From Octopus sinensis (lineage: Eukaryota): a stretch of 64,000 nt of DNA. Below are positions 25,611-37,235 of the stretch, piece after piece. The translations under genes were made by a program, and so were the position numbers. Under the pieces are notes generated by a model that searched no databases, was not told the DNA's origin, and saw nothing but the letters and a program-made list of their open reading frames with translations. Position 1 is the stretch's first letter, and every line of letters starts with the position of its first letter. The stretch spans positions 1,054,001 to 1,118,000 of the forward strand of contig NC_043012.1 of NCBI RefSeq assembly GCF_006345805.1, given 5' to 3'.

Positions 25611-26126
25611 TGTAGTGGTCTATATAGCTAAATAGTTGAATGATCTTCCATGCAAGAAGGATTATAGAGTAACCTCCCTTTACTAAGTTTCTGGAGGCAT
25701 CTGTGTCATGAGACATAGATTCTTAATTATTCAAGAAGCTTAGCATTTCTCTTGGAAGATTCTAGAGTGTTTAGCGTTCCATTAATAAAGACAGCTTGCT
25801 ATTCCTGCTCTTCACTTCTTAGTTGATTAGACTTAGAGCCATTCACGTCATTACTATGTCTGACTATTTCTCTACGCCACATGACTGATAGCCACCACTT
25901 AGCTGTTATTTCTATATTTTCTATCTCTGAACTTTCTTGCATAGATTATTTCATTCAACTAGATTCTACATTTTGATTATGTATCATCATCGATCAGTAA
26001 ATAAAATATAGTTTTATGTAGTAAATATATAAGTCTTGAATTTATTCTTCATCTCTACATGAACTCTTGTAATAATACACACGCAGCCACTTGAACGCCT
26101 TGTATTGACTATATATAACGACTAGA
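25611..26126 (+). mobile_element. Candidate solo LTR
   Basis: TGTAGTGGTCTATATA...TATATATAACGACTAGA imperfect terminal IR, internal AATAAA; TSD obscured by microsatellite. Confidence 0.35.
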
Positions 26127-26129
26127 GTG

Positions 26130-26151
26130 TGTATGTATGCATGTATGTATG

Positions 26152-26182
<31 letters not shown>

Positions 26183-26475
26183 GTATGTATGTATGTATGT
26201 ATGTAAGTATGTATGTATGTAAGTATGTATGTAAGTATGTATGTATGAATGTATGTATGTATGTATGTATGTATGAATGTATGTATGTATGTATGTATGT
26301 ATGTATGAATGTATGTATGTATGTATGTATGGAGGTATGTATGAATGTATGTATGTATGTGTGTATGAATGCATGTATGTATGTATGTATGTATGTATGC
26401 ATATATACAGATAAATATAAGTATACAGATATATCTGTGTCTATGTATATGTGTTTCCATCAATCTATTTATCTA

Positions 26476-26532
<57 letters not shown>

Positions 26533-26646
26533 ATATATATTATTATATATATATATATACATATATATATACATATGTATATATATATATATATATATTA
26601 TATATGTATATATATACATAATATATATTATATATATATATGTAGA

Positions 26647-26687
<41 letters not shown>

Positions 26688-26770
26688 TGTATATATATAT
26701 ATACACATATATATATATATATATATATATATCATATATATACTACACACACACACACACACATACAGAT
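26130..26770. repeat. (TATG)n then (TA)n/(GA)n microsatellites
   Basis: Direct. Confidence 0.95.
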
Positions 26771-27239
26771 ATGAATATAAATATGCTATTTGTAATGTGG
26801 TGTTTATATGCTTCTGAAATATTTTCTATTCACCATTTCACAGTTTCTGTTCCCTCTGCAAATATTGTCCAAATATTTTATTGCATGATGTGATGCAGCT
26901 TAATTAATTTCTTCAAAGAAAACAAATCTTTTATTATGGCATCATGAGGAAAAGCAATTTCACAGGCTGAATCTGAAAAAAATGGTCAAAGGTCATATAT
27001 GTGTGTGTGTGTGTGTGTGTGTGTCTGTGCATGCGTGTGGTTGTGTGACCCTATATAAACACACATACACACACATATGTATATATATATATATACATGC
27101 ATGTATGTATGTATATATATATATATATACATGCATGTATGTATGTATGTATGTTTATGCATATATATGAATATATATGTATGTACCTCTCTAATATGTG
27201 TGTATATATTGTGTATGTATGTATATGTAATGAGTGAGT

Positions 27240-27340
27240 NNNNNNNNNNNNNNNNNNNNNNNNNNNNNNNNNNNNNNNNNNNNNNNNNNNNNNNNNNNNN
27301 NNNNNNNNNNNNNNNNNNNNNNNNNNNNNNNNNNNNNNNT
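27240..27340. other. Assembly gap (~100 N)
   Basis: Run of N. Confidence 1.
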
Positions 27341-27629
27341 ATACACACAACAACACCACACACACCACACATTATTATATATACATAGTATTATCAAAAT
27401 TAATAATAATAGGTATGAAAATTTATGTCAACACAACATTGTCAAGGTAAGCCATATTGGTGAAATTTTAATTGAACATCTCAAAAGATTTGAGCTGTTA
27501 AAAAATACTAACAAAATGAAACCCCAAACCAAATTTAACTTCAGAAATTCATTCATTCAACCGAAAGCAACGTCATTAGTTTATAAAAATAAAATATAAA
27601 AAATACCACAATAATTCCATATTTTTTGC

Positions 27630-27723
27630 ATGACACCTTGGGCAAGTGTCTTCCACTATAGGTTTGGGTCGACCAAAACCTTGTGAATGGATTTGGTAGA
27701 CGGAAACTGAAAAAAGCCTGTTG

Positions 27724-27755
<32 letters not shown>

Positions 27756-28089
27756 TTACTTGGAAATGGATGCATGGCGTTCAATCATATAATAATATAA
27801 ATAATATATATATATATATACATGTAAATACTTGCATATATATGTATATATACATGCACACATTTGTGTAGGGCGTCAAAATACGTAAACAACATGTAAA
27901 ACGAGAAAATGAAATACAAAAACATGGAAGTATTTAATGTTCTCGTTTTTCATGTTGTTTACGCTTTTTGACGTTCTCTACCCATATATGCATATGTATA
28001 TACATATATATGCAAGTATGTACATATATGTACGTATAAATGCATATATATATTATCTATATTATATATATCTATATATTTATATATAT

Positions 28090-28141
<52 letters not shown>

Positions 28142-28345
28142 ATGTGTATGTTTGTGCATCTGTGTTTTTTCCCCCAACATTGCTTATCAACAGATGCTGG
28201 TGTGTTTATGCGCCTGTAACTTAGCAGTTCAGCAAAAGGGACTGATAGAATAAGTACTAGGCTTACAAAGAATGAGTCCTGGGTTCGATTTGTTAGACTT
28301 AAGGTGGTATGCAGTCTAATGACTGAAACAAATAAAAGAATTAAA
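27630..28345 (+). mobile_element. SINE-A split by a foldback element and microsatellites
   Basis: 5' part 27630-27725, 3' half 28140-28345. Confidence 0.7.
27871..27976. repeat. Inverted repeat, ~37-bp arms
   Basis: GCGTCAAAATACGTAAACAACATGTAAAACGAGAA versus TTCTCGTTTTTCATGTTGTTTACGCTTTTTGACG. Confidence 0.8.
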
Positions 28346-28455
28346 GATATTTGAAATCTAGAAAAAATATCTAATGTAGAAAACGAGTATATCTATCTGC
28401 TAAAAATGTTGTGTTGGCATAAATTTTTGTACATATTATTATTAAGTTTATAATG

Positions 28456-28493
<38 letters not shown>

Positions 28494-28792
28494 ATATATC
28501 TGTATATGTTAATGCAATTGAAACAATTGTTGGATTTTTAAGGTGTGATCTAAAAAAAAAAAAGATATGATTTTCTTCATACATCTTATTGATTGTTATT
28601 AATATTCTGAATTTCTTAAAATTCTGCATAAGGATCATTGGATTACCTGCCATGCATGAGGATTTACCTGGGATTTCTATTCTAAATACATTTACTGTGA
28701 TCTACTTGTTGGAAATTTAATCTTATTCCTTTATACTGCGTGCTTAATTGATATCCACCAGGATTTTTTAATATCATTTTTTATTATATATA

Positions 28793-29036
28793 TACATATA
28801 AGAGGGAAGACAACTACGTGGACATCCATTATACTAGAAGTAGATCTGCTATGATCTTACCACTAAGAAAGGAATGCTCTCAAGAAAAATTTAGCAAACA
28901 CCAGAACGTAAACGAGCATGACAAATGAAATGAAACAAATTTTTCTTGAGAACATTCCTTTCTTAGTGGTAAGATCACAGCGGATCTACTTCTAGCATAA
29001 TGGATGTCCACGTAGTGGTCACCCCTCTTATATGTA
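28793..29036. repeat. Inverted repeat, ~100-bp arms, ~45-nt loop
   Basis: TACATATAAGAGGG...CAAGAAAAATTT versus AAATTTTTCTTG...CCCTCTTATATGTA. Confidence 0.9.
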
Positions 29037-30042
29037 TGTAATATAATTTTTCTGAATCTTCAGATTTTAATATGATAGACCAGTGGTTTTAAATTGATAT
29101 TAATCAAATTAATATTCAATTTTCACCCTTATTTTAAATTTTACATTTAAATTTATATATATATATATATTATATTAAATTAGAGATAAAACCACTACTA
29201 GGCAAATCAAACAGTGAAAATCATAAGCCAATACATAGAAATAGAATTAATTAAAAAATATATAAAAAATAAAAAATATAAAAATCCAATTAAAATATTT
29301 AAATTAAAGCTAAAAATTTAAAAAATTATTTAAATTAATAATTTAAACTTATAAATTATAAATAAATATATATATATTTTTAATATCATTTTATTTAATT
29401 ATTTTATTTTTTTATATTTTTTATATTTTTATATTTTAATATTTATTTATTTATTTATTTATTTATTTATATTTTTATAAACTATCAAAAAGTATTAAAA
29501 GTTTAATAAGATAAAGAGTATATATATTTGGTGCTATACTCTATGTATTCGAAAAAGGATGAAATAATGCTATACATGATTTCCTCTGTTTAAAATCTGA
29601 AGAATTTCAAAATAAATATGCAAAAAAAATTTTAAATGTGAATTCTATGACACTTTTGCTTCATAAGTCCTTAATTTCCAGTTCAAACTTTCATCCAACT
29701 GAATTTTAAGAAGCATTGATCATCTCCCTTGTAATAACTGTACTGTCCACTATGGCAAGACAATGGCTTATCAAAAAATATATATAAATATAGAGAGAAC
29801 AACAGAAACTGTTTTTACACCAAAAGGTAGAATATTCGTCACTTAAAAGTGGATGTTGGGTAAGAACACATAAATACTGCAATATTTAACAAGAGAGAAA
29901 ATCCCTCATATGGATTCGCAATGCTCAAAATACATCATAGCTCTTGCTGGTGTCAGACATTCATTGCTACTGCTGCTACAGGGACTAACTGATAATGTGA
30001 TTTTAGCCTCTTTTGGTATTAATATTGCTCCTGTCACTCTCA

Positions 30043-30300
30043 TCATCATCGTTTAACGTCCACTTTCCATGCTAGCATGGGTTGGACGATTTTGACTGAG
30101 GGCTGGCAAGCCAGATGGCTGCACCAGGCTCCAATCTTGATCTGGCAGGGTTTCTACAGCTGGATGCCCTTCCTAATGCCGACCACTCCGAGAGTGTAGC
30201 GGGTGCTTTTTACGTGCCACCAGCACGGGAGGCCAGTCAGGCGATACGGGCAACGACCTCGCACGAATTTTTTTATACATGCCACCGGCACCCACTGGCT
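30043..30300 (-). mobile_element. RTE 3'-end fragment (family E)
   Basis: Reverse-complement match. Confidence 0.8.
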
Positions 30301-30404
30301 TTTAGTTACATAACTAAATACCTACAAACCTAGAGAACTATGTTGCATGGAAACAATTGTAGTGATTACAAATAAATGTTCCTCTGTACTCCCTCTTGTT
30401 GACT

Positions 30405-30820
30405 CCGTGGCCGTTGCCAGCCTCGCCTGGCCCCCGTGCCGGTGGCACGTAAAAAGCACCATCCGTTTGTGGTCGTTGCCAGCGCTGCCCAGACTGACCT
30501 CCATGCCGGTGGCACATAAAAGCACCATCTGTTCATGTCCGTTGCCAGCCTCGCCTGGCCCCCGTGCCGGTGGCACGTAAAAGCACCACCCGTTCGTGGT
30601 CGTTTGCCAGCTCCGTCTGGCACCTGTGCGGGTGGCACATAAAAAGCACCCACTACACTCGCGGAGTGGTTGGCGTTAGGAAGGGCATCCAGCCGTAGAA
30701 ACACTGCCAGATCAGACTGGGCCTGATGCAGCCTTCTGGCTTCACAGACCCCAGTTGAACCGTCCAACCCATGCTAGCATGGAAAACGGATGCTAAATGA
30801 TGATGATGATGATGATGATA
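30405..30820 (+). mobile_element. RTE 3'-end fragment (family E) with ~4 tandem ~60-bp modules
   Basis: GTGCCGGTGGCACGTAAAAAGCACC repeats. Confidence 0.85.
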
Positions 30821-31132
30821 GACATAGATATATTCATACATATATACATACACACATGCATACACACACACAAACAAACACACACACACACATATATCCT
30901 ATACTTGTAAAGTAGTTAAAGGTTGGTGGATGGATGAGCATCCAGTCATAAAAGTACTGTTTGAAATAAGTATCCAACTAACTGATGCCAGCATAGATAA
31001 ATGGAAGTAAAAAAAATGGGCAAATGAATATATGGCTTGGGAAAAGAGAAAAACACACACACACACTTCTTCTCCTCCTTCTTCTTCTTCTTCTTCCTCT
31101 TGCTTCTTCTTCTTCTCCTTCTTTTCCTATGT

Positions 31133-31171
<39 letters not shown>

Positions 31172-31409
31172 ATTCACTGTTGCTTCTTTTTCTTCTTTAA
31201 CTTCTCCCCTTCTCAAACCTTAATTTTCAAATAATAAATACATTTTCTGATGTCTCTCTCTCTCTCTTTTCCCTTTCACCCCACTCTCTCTCTTTCATTC
31301 TCTCTCTTTATTTTTATCTCTCTCTCTTACTGATTTCTCATGTTTTTCTCTCTTTTCTTCTTTTTCTTTTTTATTTCTTTTTCTCTTCCTTTTGGTTATT
31401 GCTGGCGTT

Positions 31410-31850
31410 CTTATTGTTGTTATTGTAACAACTCCTGCTGATACTCTGCTGTTACTCTTGATACTCCTGTTGTTACTCCTGCTGTTAAACTTGCTGTTAC
31501 TTCTGTCACTCCTGCTGATACACCTGATACTCCTGCCATTACTCCTGCTGATACTCCTGCCATTACTCCTGCTGATACTCCTGATACTCCTGCTGTTACA
31601 CCTGTTGTTACTCCTGACACTCCTGTTGATACTCCTGCCATTACTCCTGCTGATACTCCTGATACTCCTGCTGTTACACCTGTTGTTACTCCTGACACTC
31701 CTGCTGATACTCCTGATACTCCTGCTGTTACACTTATTGTTACTCCTGCTGTTATACTTGCTGTTACTCCTGACATTTCTACTGCTACACTTGCTGCTAT
31801 TCCTGGTACTCCTGCTGATATACTCCTGTCACTGCTGTTATTACTCTTCT
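31410..31850 (+). repeat. 9/12-nt minisatellite (ACTCCTGCTGAT/GTT variants), AG-free and YGCY-rich
   Basis: Directly visible tandem units. Confidence 0.9.
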
Positions 31851-31878
31851 ACTTCTCTTTCTCATTCTTGCTGTTCAG

Positions 31879-31893
31879 CAGCCTGAAATAAAG
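31879..31893 (+). CDS. Candidate 15-nt microexon of NCKX loop (QPEIK in phase 0; NAGNAG 12-nt variant possible)
   Basis: ~830-nt AG-free zone ending at TTCAG|CAGCCTGAAATAAAG|GTGATC; phase 0 fits exon 34389; donor is weak. Confidence 0.45.
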
Positions 31894-32329
31894 GTGATCA
31901 TATTTTCAATTTAATTAATGAAACAAAACAATTTCTTTTAATTTAATTTTAAAATTTAATAAAAAATAGAAATATCAAATTTTCTAGAATTAGTTAAAAG
32001 GGTATATATACATATATATATACATATATAAAGAATGTTGTAGTTTGCATTATTGCTTTTGTAATTGACGCAAATTTTTTTTTTTATCTAGTTTCAGCTC
32101 ACGAGCAGTGGCCATGCTGGGGCACCGCCATTGTTCACTGCCAATGTTGTTGTTATTGTTATAGTCTTCCTATGTTGTTGCTGTTATCAGTATTCTTATG
32201 GCTATAATGAAATTAGTATGTTTAGGACTGTTCTATTATATTAGATTGATTCAAACGGTTGTTCAGAGTTTTGGTTACATATATAGTATATACATGCATT
32301 ATGATCATTAGATATAAGATTACAATAAA

Positions 32330-32800
32330 TTATGTTATTATGGTTCCTCATGAAGATAACATGGACACCACTCAGGGCCAAAAGATTGACCGTTATGTAA
32401 ACCTCAGCAAGGAATATGAAGATGCAGGCTGGAAAGTGGAGCATTTTCCAACTCAAGTCAGATGCAGAGGGTTTGTTGGACACAGTGTGAGGCGACTTGT
32501 TATTGTTAGGCCTAACTCATCGTAAAGTCAATACCACCATGACCAAACTACCATGGAAACGGTTAGCCACTGGATTTGGTTAAAAAGAGACGATGAACAA
32601 TGGCTAGAAGAATATTGAGCCTTATTTGATAACCAGTTGATCTAGCAAGTGGGGCCTCATATCAGTGAGGGGAGCTAGTGCACATTGATGCCATTAAGAG
32701 GTAGGCCCCGAAACAGCACACATTCTCTCCTGATGACCCCATACACTTGCTGACTTCTGGTATGTGGAGCTCTCGACTGGTAGCACTTGCATGTGTAAGT
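32330..32800 (+). mobile_element. RLE C-terminal remnant, HERO/NeSL-like
   Basis: VPHEDN...KIDRY...GWKVEHFP.QVRCRGFV...WIWLKR. Confidence 0.65.
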
Positions 32801-32949
32801 TGTTTTCAAAAACATCTAAGATATAAATAGTACTTTATAATATGAATATCATAACTTACACTATATTATATGAGTACCATAGCTTATACTGCACCATATG
32901 TATACATATCAAGTGTTATAAGAAAATTCAAGTATCGCAACAAATTGTT

Positions 32950-33318
32950 TTGTGGCTGTGTGGTAAGAAGCTTGATTTCTAACCACATGGTTCTGGGTTC
33001 AGTCCCACTGCATGGCACCTTGGGCAAGTGTCTTCTGCTATAGCTTCTGGCCGATCAAAGCCTTGTGAGTAGATTTGGTCAATGGAAACTGAAAGAAGCT
33101 CCTCTTATATATATATATAAATATGTGTGTGTATGTATGTATCTGTGTTTGTCCCTCACCATTGCTTGACAACCGATGTTGTGTTTACATCCCCATAACT
33201 TAGCAGTTTGGCAAAAGAGACTAGGCTTACAAAGAATAAGTCCTTGGATTAATTTGTTTGACTAAAGGCAGTGCTCCAGCATGACCACAGTCAAATGACT
33301 GAAACAAATAAAAGAATA
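32950..33318 (+). mobile_element. SINE-A
   Basis: Matches consensus. Confidence 0.85.
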
Positions 33319-33464
33319 TCATATTTGATAATAAATAAATTACATGTCTGCATTAATGCAAAATGCAAAAAAAAATCTTTCAAAATAATGTAGAATTTAT
33401 GCTATGTCCTCAGGTGTATCATAATTAATATATTATACAATATGTATAGCTGAACTTACAGTAT

Positions 33465-33630
33465 AGGCACAGGAGTGGCTGTGTGGTAAGTAGCTTGTTT
33501 ACCAACCACATGGTTCCGGGTTCAGTCCCACTGTGTGGCACCTTGGGCAGGTGTCTTCTACTATAGCCTCGGGCCGACCAAAGCCTTGTGAGTGGATTTG
33601 GTAGACGGAAACTGAAAGAAGCCCGTCGTA

Positions 33631-33661
<31 letters not shown>

Positions 33662-33890
33662 GTATGCGTGTGTGTGTTTGTGTGTCTGTGTTTGTCCCCC
33701 TAGCATTGCTTGACAACCGATGCTGGTGTGTTTATGTCCCCGTTACTTAGCGGTTCAGCAAAAGAGACCGATAGAATAATACTGGGCTTACAAAAGAATA
33801 AGTCCCGGGGTCGAGTTGCTCGACTAAAGGCGGTGCTCCAGCATGGCCACAGTCAAATGACTGAAACATGTAAAAGAGTAAAAGAGTATA
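33465..33890 (+). mobile_element. SINE-A, young
   Basis: Close to consensus. Confidence 0.9.
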
Positions 33891-33894
33891 TGAG

Positions 33895-34090
33895 GTGAAG
33901 AAAACTCCTTGGTTTTGGGTGAAAGGAAATACAGGAGGACGAGTTAATTGTGATTTTATTCAACATATCACCCCACTCGGATTCACACACTTATTGCATT
34001 GGTCCTTCAGTTTTTCTGAGCCCTGTAAAAGAACTTGGGTGGTTGGGCCTCCAGCCAGGCCTTTCACAATATCCTTAAAGCTAGGGAGTT
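33895..34090 (-). mobile_element. Mariner C-terminal remnant
   Basis: Minus-strand WLEAQP.KFFY...KLKDQCNKCV with frameshift. Confidence 0.45.
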
Positions 34091-34388
34091 TTCAGTGCCC
34101 CTTTTGTATGTCTGTAATGTTACAGTATAATGTTTGTGATAGTTTATACTCTGTACTATCATCATCATCATTTAACGTCCGCTTTCCATGCTAGCATGGG
34201 TTGGACTATGTATTATATATATGGACTATATCTTGTATTATATTATGGACTATGTATTATATATATATCATATAATTACATAAATAAAATGTGTAACAAG
34301 CATATTGTAATCCATGCTATACTCTATGTATGTCGTAACTAAATGCGATCCTTTTCCTATTTTTTCTTTTTATTTACTATCTCCAAAG

Positions 34389-34494
34389 AAACCAGTCCGG
34401 AGTTGTAGTTTACCAATTCTACACTCTGGAAGTGGTAGATTTCGTCATGGATTTCTGCAACTCATGATTCATACTATTGATCCACTGGGAGAAG
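34389..34494 (+). CDS. SLC24A2-like: NCKX (SLC24) exon, start of cytosolic loop: KPVRSCSLPILHSGSGRFRHGFLQLMIHTIDPLGE
   Basis: Pyrimidine tract + AAG acceptor, G|GTGAGT donor; RFRHGFLQLMIHTIDPL matches the NCKX loop motif (Nckx30C KFRHGLLQLMIHTIDPL; NCKX2 FQLMIHTLDPL); phase 0 in, phase 1 out, which joins the next exon in frame. Confidence 0.9.
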
Positions 34495-34525
34495 GTGAGT
34501 AACATTTTGTTTTTTTTGCTGGTCG

Positions 34526-34571
<46 letters not shown>

Positions 34572-34573
<2 letters not shown>

Positions 34574-34757
34574 GTCCCACTGTGTGGCACCTTGGGCAAG
34601 TGTCTTCTACTATAGCCTTGAGCTGACCAAAGCCTTGTGAGTGGATTTTGTAGACAGAAACTGAAAGAAGCCAGTTATATATATGTATATGTATATATAT
34701 ATGTGTGTGTGTGTGTATGTGTCTGTGTTTGTCCCCCCCAACATCGCTTGACAACTG
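34572..34757 (+). mobile_element. SINE-A partial
   Basis: Matches consensus. Confidence 0.8.
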
Positions 34758-34974
34758 TTTGCCACATAAAGCATTTAACTTGAGGTATTTCTAAGATCTA
34801 TACGGAAGATCTAATATCTGGAGAGACAAATTGAGTTTGTCCAATTGTTAGGTGAAGAGACAAAATCTTAAATGGTAATTAAAAACTGTTTGGTTGTATC
34901 GAGCATTCAACTCTTAGTGTTTCTCAAATCTGTCTTGAGGATGCATGGAACCTGGAAAAACAAACAGATGATAC

Positions 34975-35300
34975 TGTGTGGTAAGTAGCTTGCTTCCCAA
35001 CCACATGGCTCTGGGTTCAGTCCCACTGCGTGGCATCTTGGGCAAGTGTCTTCTGCTATAGCCCCAGGCCGACCAATGCCTTGTGAGTGGATTTGGTAGA
35101 CGGAAACTGAAAGAAGCCTGTCTTATATATGTATATATATATATGTATGTATGTGTGTGTTTGTGTGTCTGTGTTTGTCCCCCCTAGCATTGCTTGACAA
35201 TCGATGCTGGTGTGTTTACGTCCCCGTCACTTAGCAGTTTGGCAAAAGAGAACGATAGAATAAGTATTGGGCTTACAAAGAATAAGTCCCGGGGTTGATA
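34975..35300 (+). mobile_element. SINE-A, 3'-truncated
   Basis: Matches consensus. Confidence 0.85.
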
Positions 35301-35538
35301 TAAACACACCAGCATCGGTTGTCAAGCAATGCTAGGGGGACAAACACACATGCACATTTATATATACATATATACGACGGGCTTCTTTCAGTTTCCGTCT
35401 ACCAAATCCACTCACTAGGCTTTGGTCGGCCCGATGCTATAGTAGAAGACACTTGCCAAAGGTGCCATGCAGTGGGACTGAACCCGGAACCATGTGGTTG
35501 GTAAACAAGCTACTTACCACACATCCACTCCTGCGCCT
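35301..35538 (-). mobile_element. SINE-A, inverted and directly abutting the previous copy
   Basis: Reverse-complement match. Confidence 0.85.
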
Positions 35539-35691
35539 ATGAACAGCCTTTTTTCAGAAGAGGGCTGCATGAGCCTTGGTTCATCATCAGGAAAACCACA
35601 CCTATAAAACAATCAAGGTAATTTTTTGTTAAGCACGCCATTCAGAAAATTCTGCTGCCTACAATTTGCTATGACAAGTACCCTAACCTAA

Positions 35692-35900
35692 AGGTTAGGG
35701 TACTTGGTTTGTAACTGTTAAGTCTTGGTTCCAATCCGTGGAGTAGATGGCATGTCATATCATTGAGCAAAGTGCTTCATTCCACATCGCTTCAGTGCAT
35801 TCAGCTCAAAATTAGTAGTAACGGAACCTGGGGGTTAAACCATGGATGGACAGGCATCCTCTCAGGAATGGGGGCCATGTACTCCCAGACTAAATTCTTT
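35692..35900 (+). mobile_element. SINE-D
   Basis: TTGAGCAAAGTGCTTCATTCCACATCGCTTCAG. Confidence 0.5.
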
Positions 35901-36074
35901 GAAAATCTGAATAAGTTGTGAACGGTAAGAGCCTGGAAGACAGGTTATTGTAAAGGAGAGAAGGATTTGAATACCTTTTCCAACAGGTAGAACAGTAATA
36001 TAGAAACTCCTTCTTTGACTCACAAAAGAGTTAGTTGTAGTTATTGTTAGGTTTAATATTTTAGTTCCACTCCT

Positions 36075-36485
36075 CTAGGAGTGGCTGTGTGGTAAGTAGC
36101 TTGCTTACCAACCACATGGTTCCGGGTTCAGTCCCACTGCGTGGCATCTTGGGCAAGTGTCTTCTACTATAGCCTCGGGCCGACCAATGCCTTGTGAGTG
36201 GATTTGGTAGATGGAAACTGAAAGAAGCCCGTCGTATATATGTATATATATATGTATGTGTGTGTATATGTTTGTGTGTCTGTGTTTGTCCCCCCTAGCA
36301 TTGCTTGACAACCGATGCTGGTGTGTTTACGTCCCCGTCACTTAGCGGTTCGGCAAAAAGAGACCGATAGAATAAGTACTGGGCTTACAAAGAATAAGTC
36401 CCGGGGTCGATTTGCTCGACTAAAGGTGGTGCTCCAGCATGGCCGCAGTCAAATGACTGAAACAAGTAAAAGAGAGTAAAGAGAG
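36075..36485 (+). mobile_element. SINE-A, young
   Basis: Close to consensus. Confidence 0.9.
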
Positions 36486-37046
36486 TCAGAGTTCAAATTC
36501 CACCAAATTCAACTTCAGTTTTCATTTCTTTGCACTTGGGCAAATAAAACGTTTAACTGACATATACTGGAATCTAATGCAAATTGCTACATATTTGCTA
36601 TGAATTTATAGCCTTGTGTTACTGTATTATATTTAGATGTTGAAGTGGAAATGTTTCAGGAGTTTGTATTACAAATTTAAAATTATCAAAAGCTCTTTAA
36701 ACAAAAGAAGCCAAATTTTAAACAGGATTTTTTTTTGTTTTATCGCAAGCTTCTGTAGACAACATTGGGAATGACTGTTTTCTCCAAATGAGAAATCTAA
36801 CCCATTAACTTCATTCAGAAATTTTACTTTTAAGGTTTTGTTCTTTTTTACTTATTTTAATTAGATTTTTCTAATTTTGTTTTTATTTCACATCATTTTC
36901 TTTTACTCGTGTTTATTTTTTTAAAAAATCAAATTTAAGTTTTGAAAAATATTTTCTCTCTTCTTTTCTGTCTTTTTAAATATTTCTTTCTCTTTTCTTG
37001 AAAAATGTTTCTATGCAACAAGACAGAAAGTAATATATATTTGTAT

Positions 37047-37085
<39 letters not shown>

Positions 37086-37180
37086 CACATATATATATGT
37101 AGATATATGTATATATATATATATGTGTGTGTGTGTATGTATGTATATGTATATATGTATAAGCATATATGTGTGTGTGC

Positions 37181-37235
<55 letters not shown>

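Noticed and set aside
26919-26984. Possible 66-nt in-frame exon (KTNLLLWHHEEK...)
   Set aside because: Weak acceptor and donor (GTCAAA), no homology.
29045-29480. AT-rich block as a NUMT or mitochondrial control region
   Set aside because: No recognisable mitochondrial gene or tRNA; low complexity explains it.
31392-31886. Leu-rich ORF, minus-strand GVTAGVS ORF, and TP-rich mucin-like third frame
   Set aside because: Products of a 9/12-nt minisatellite with no start or splice context. The absence of any AG upstream excludes it as a + strand internal exon.
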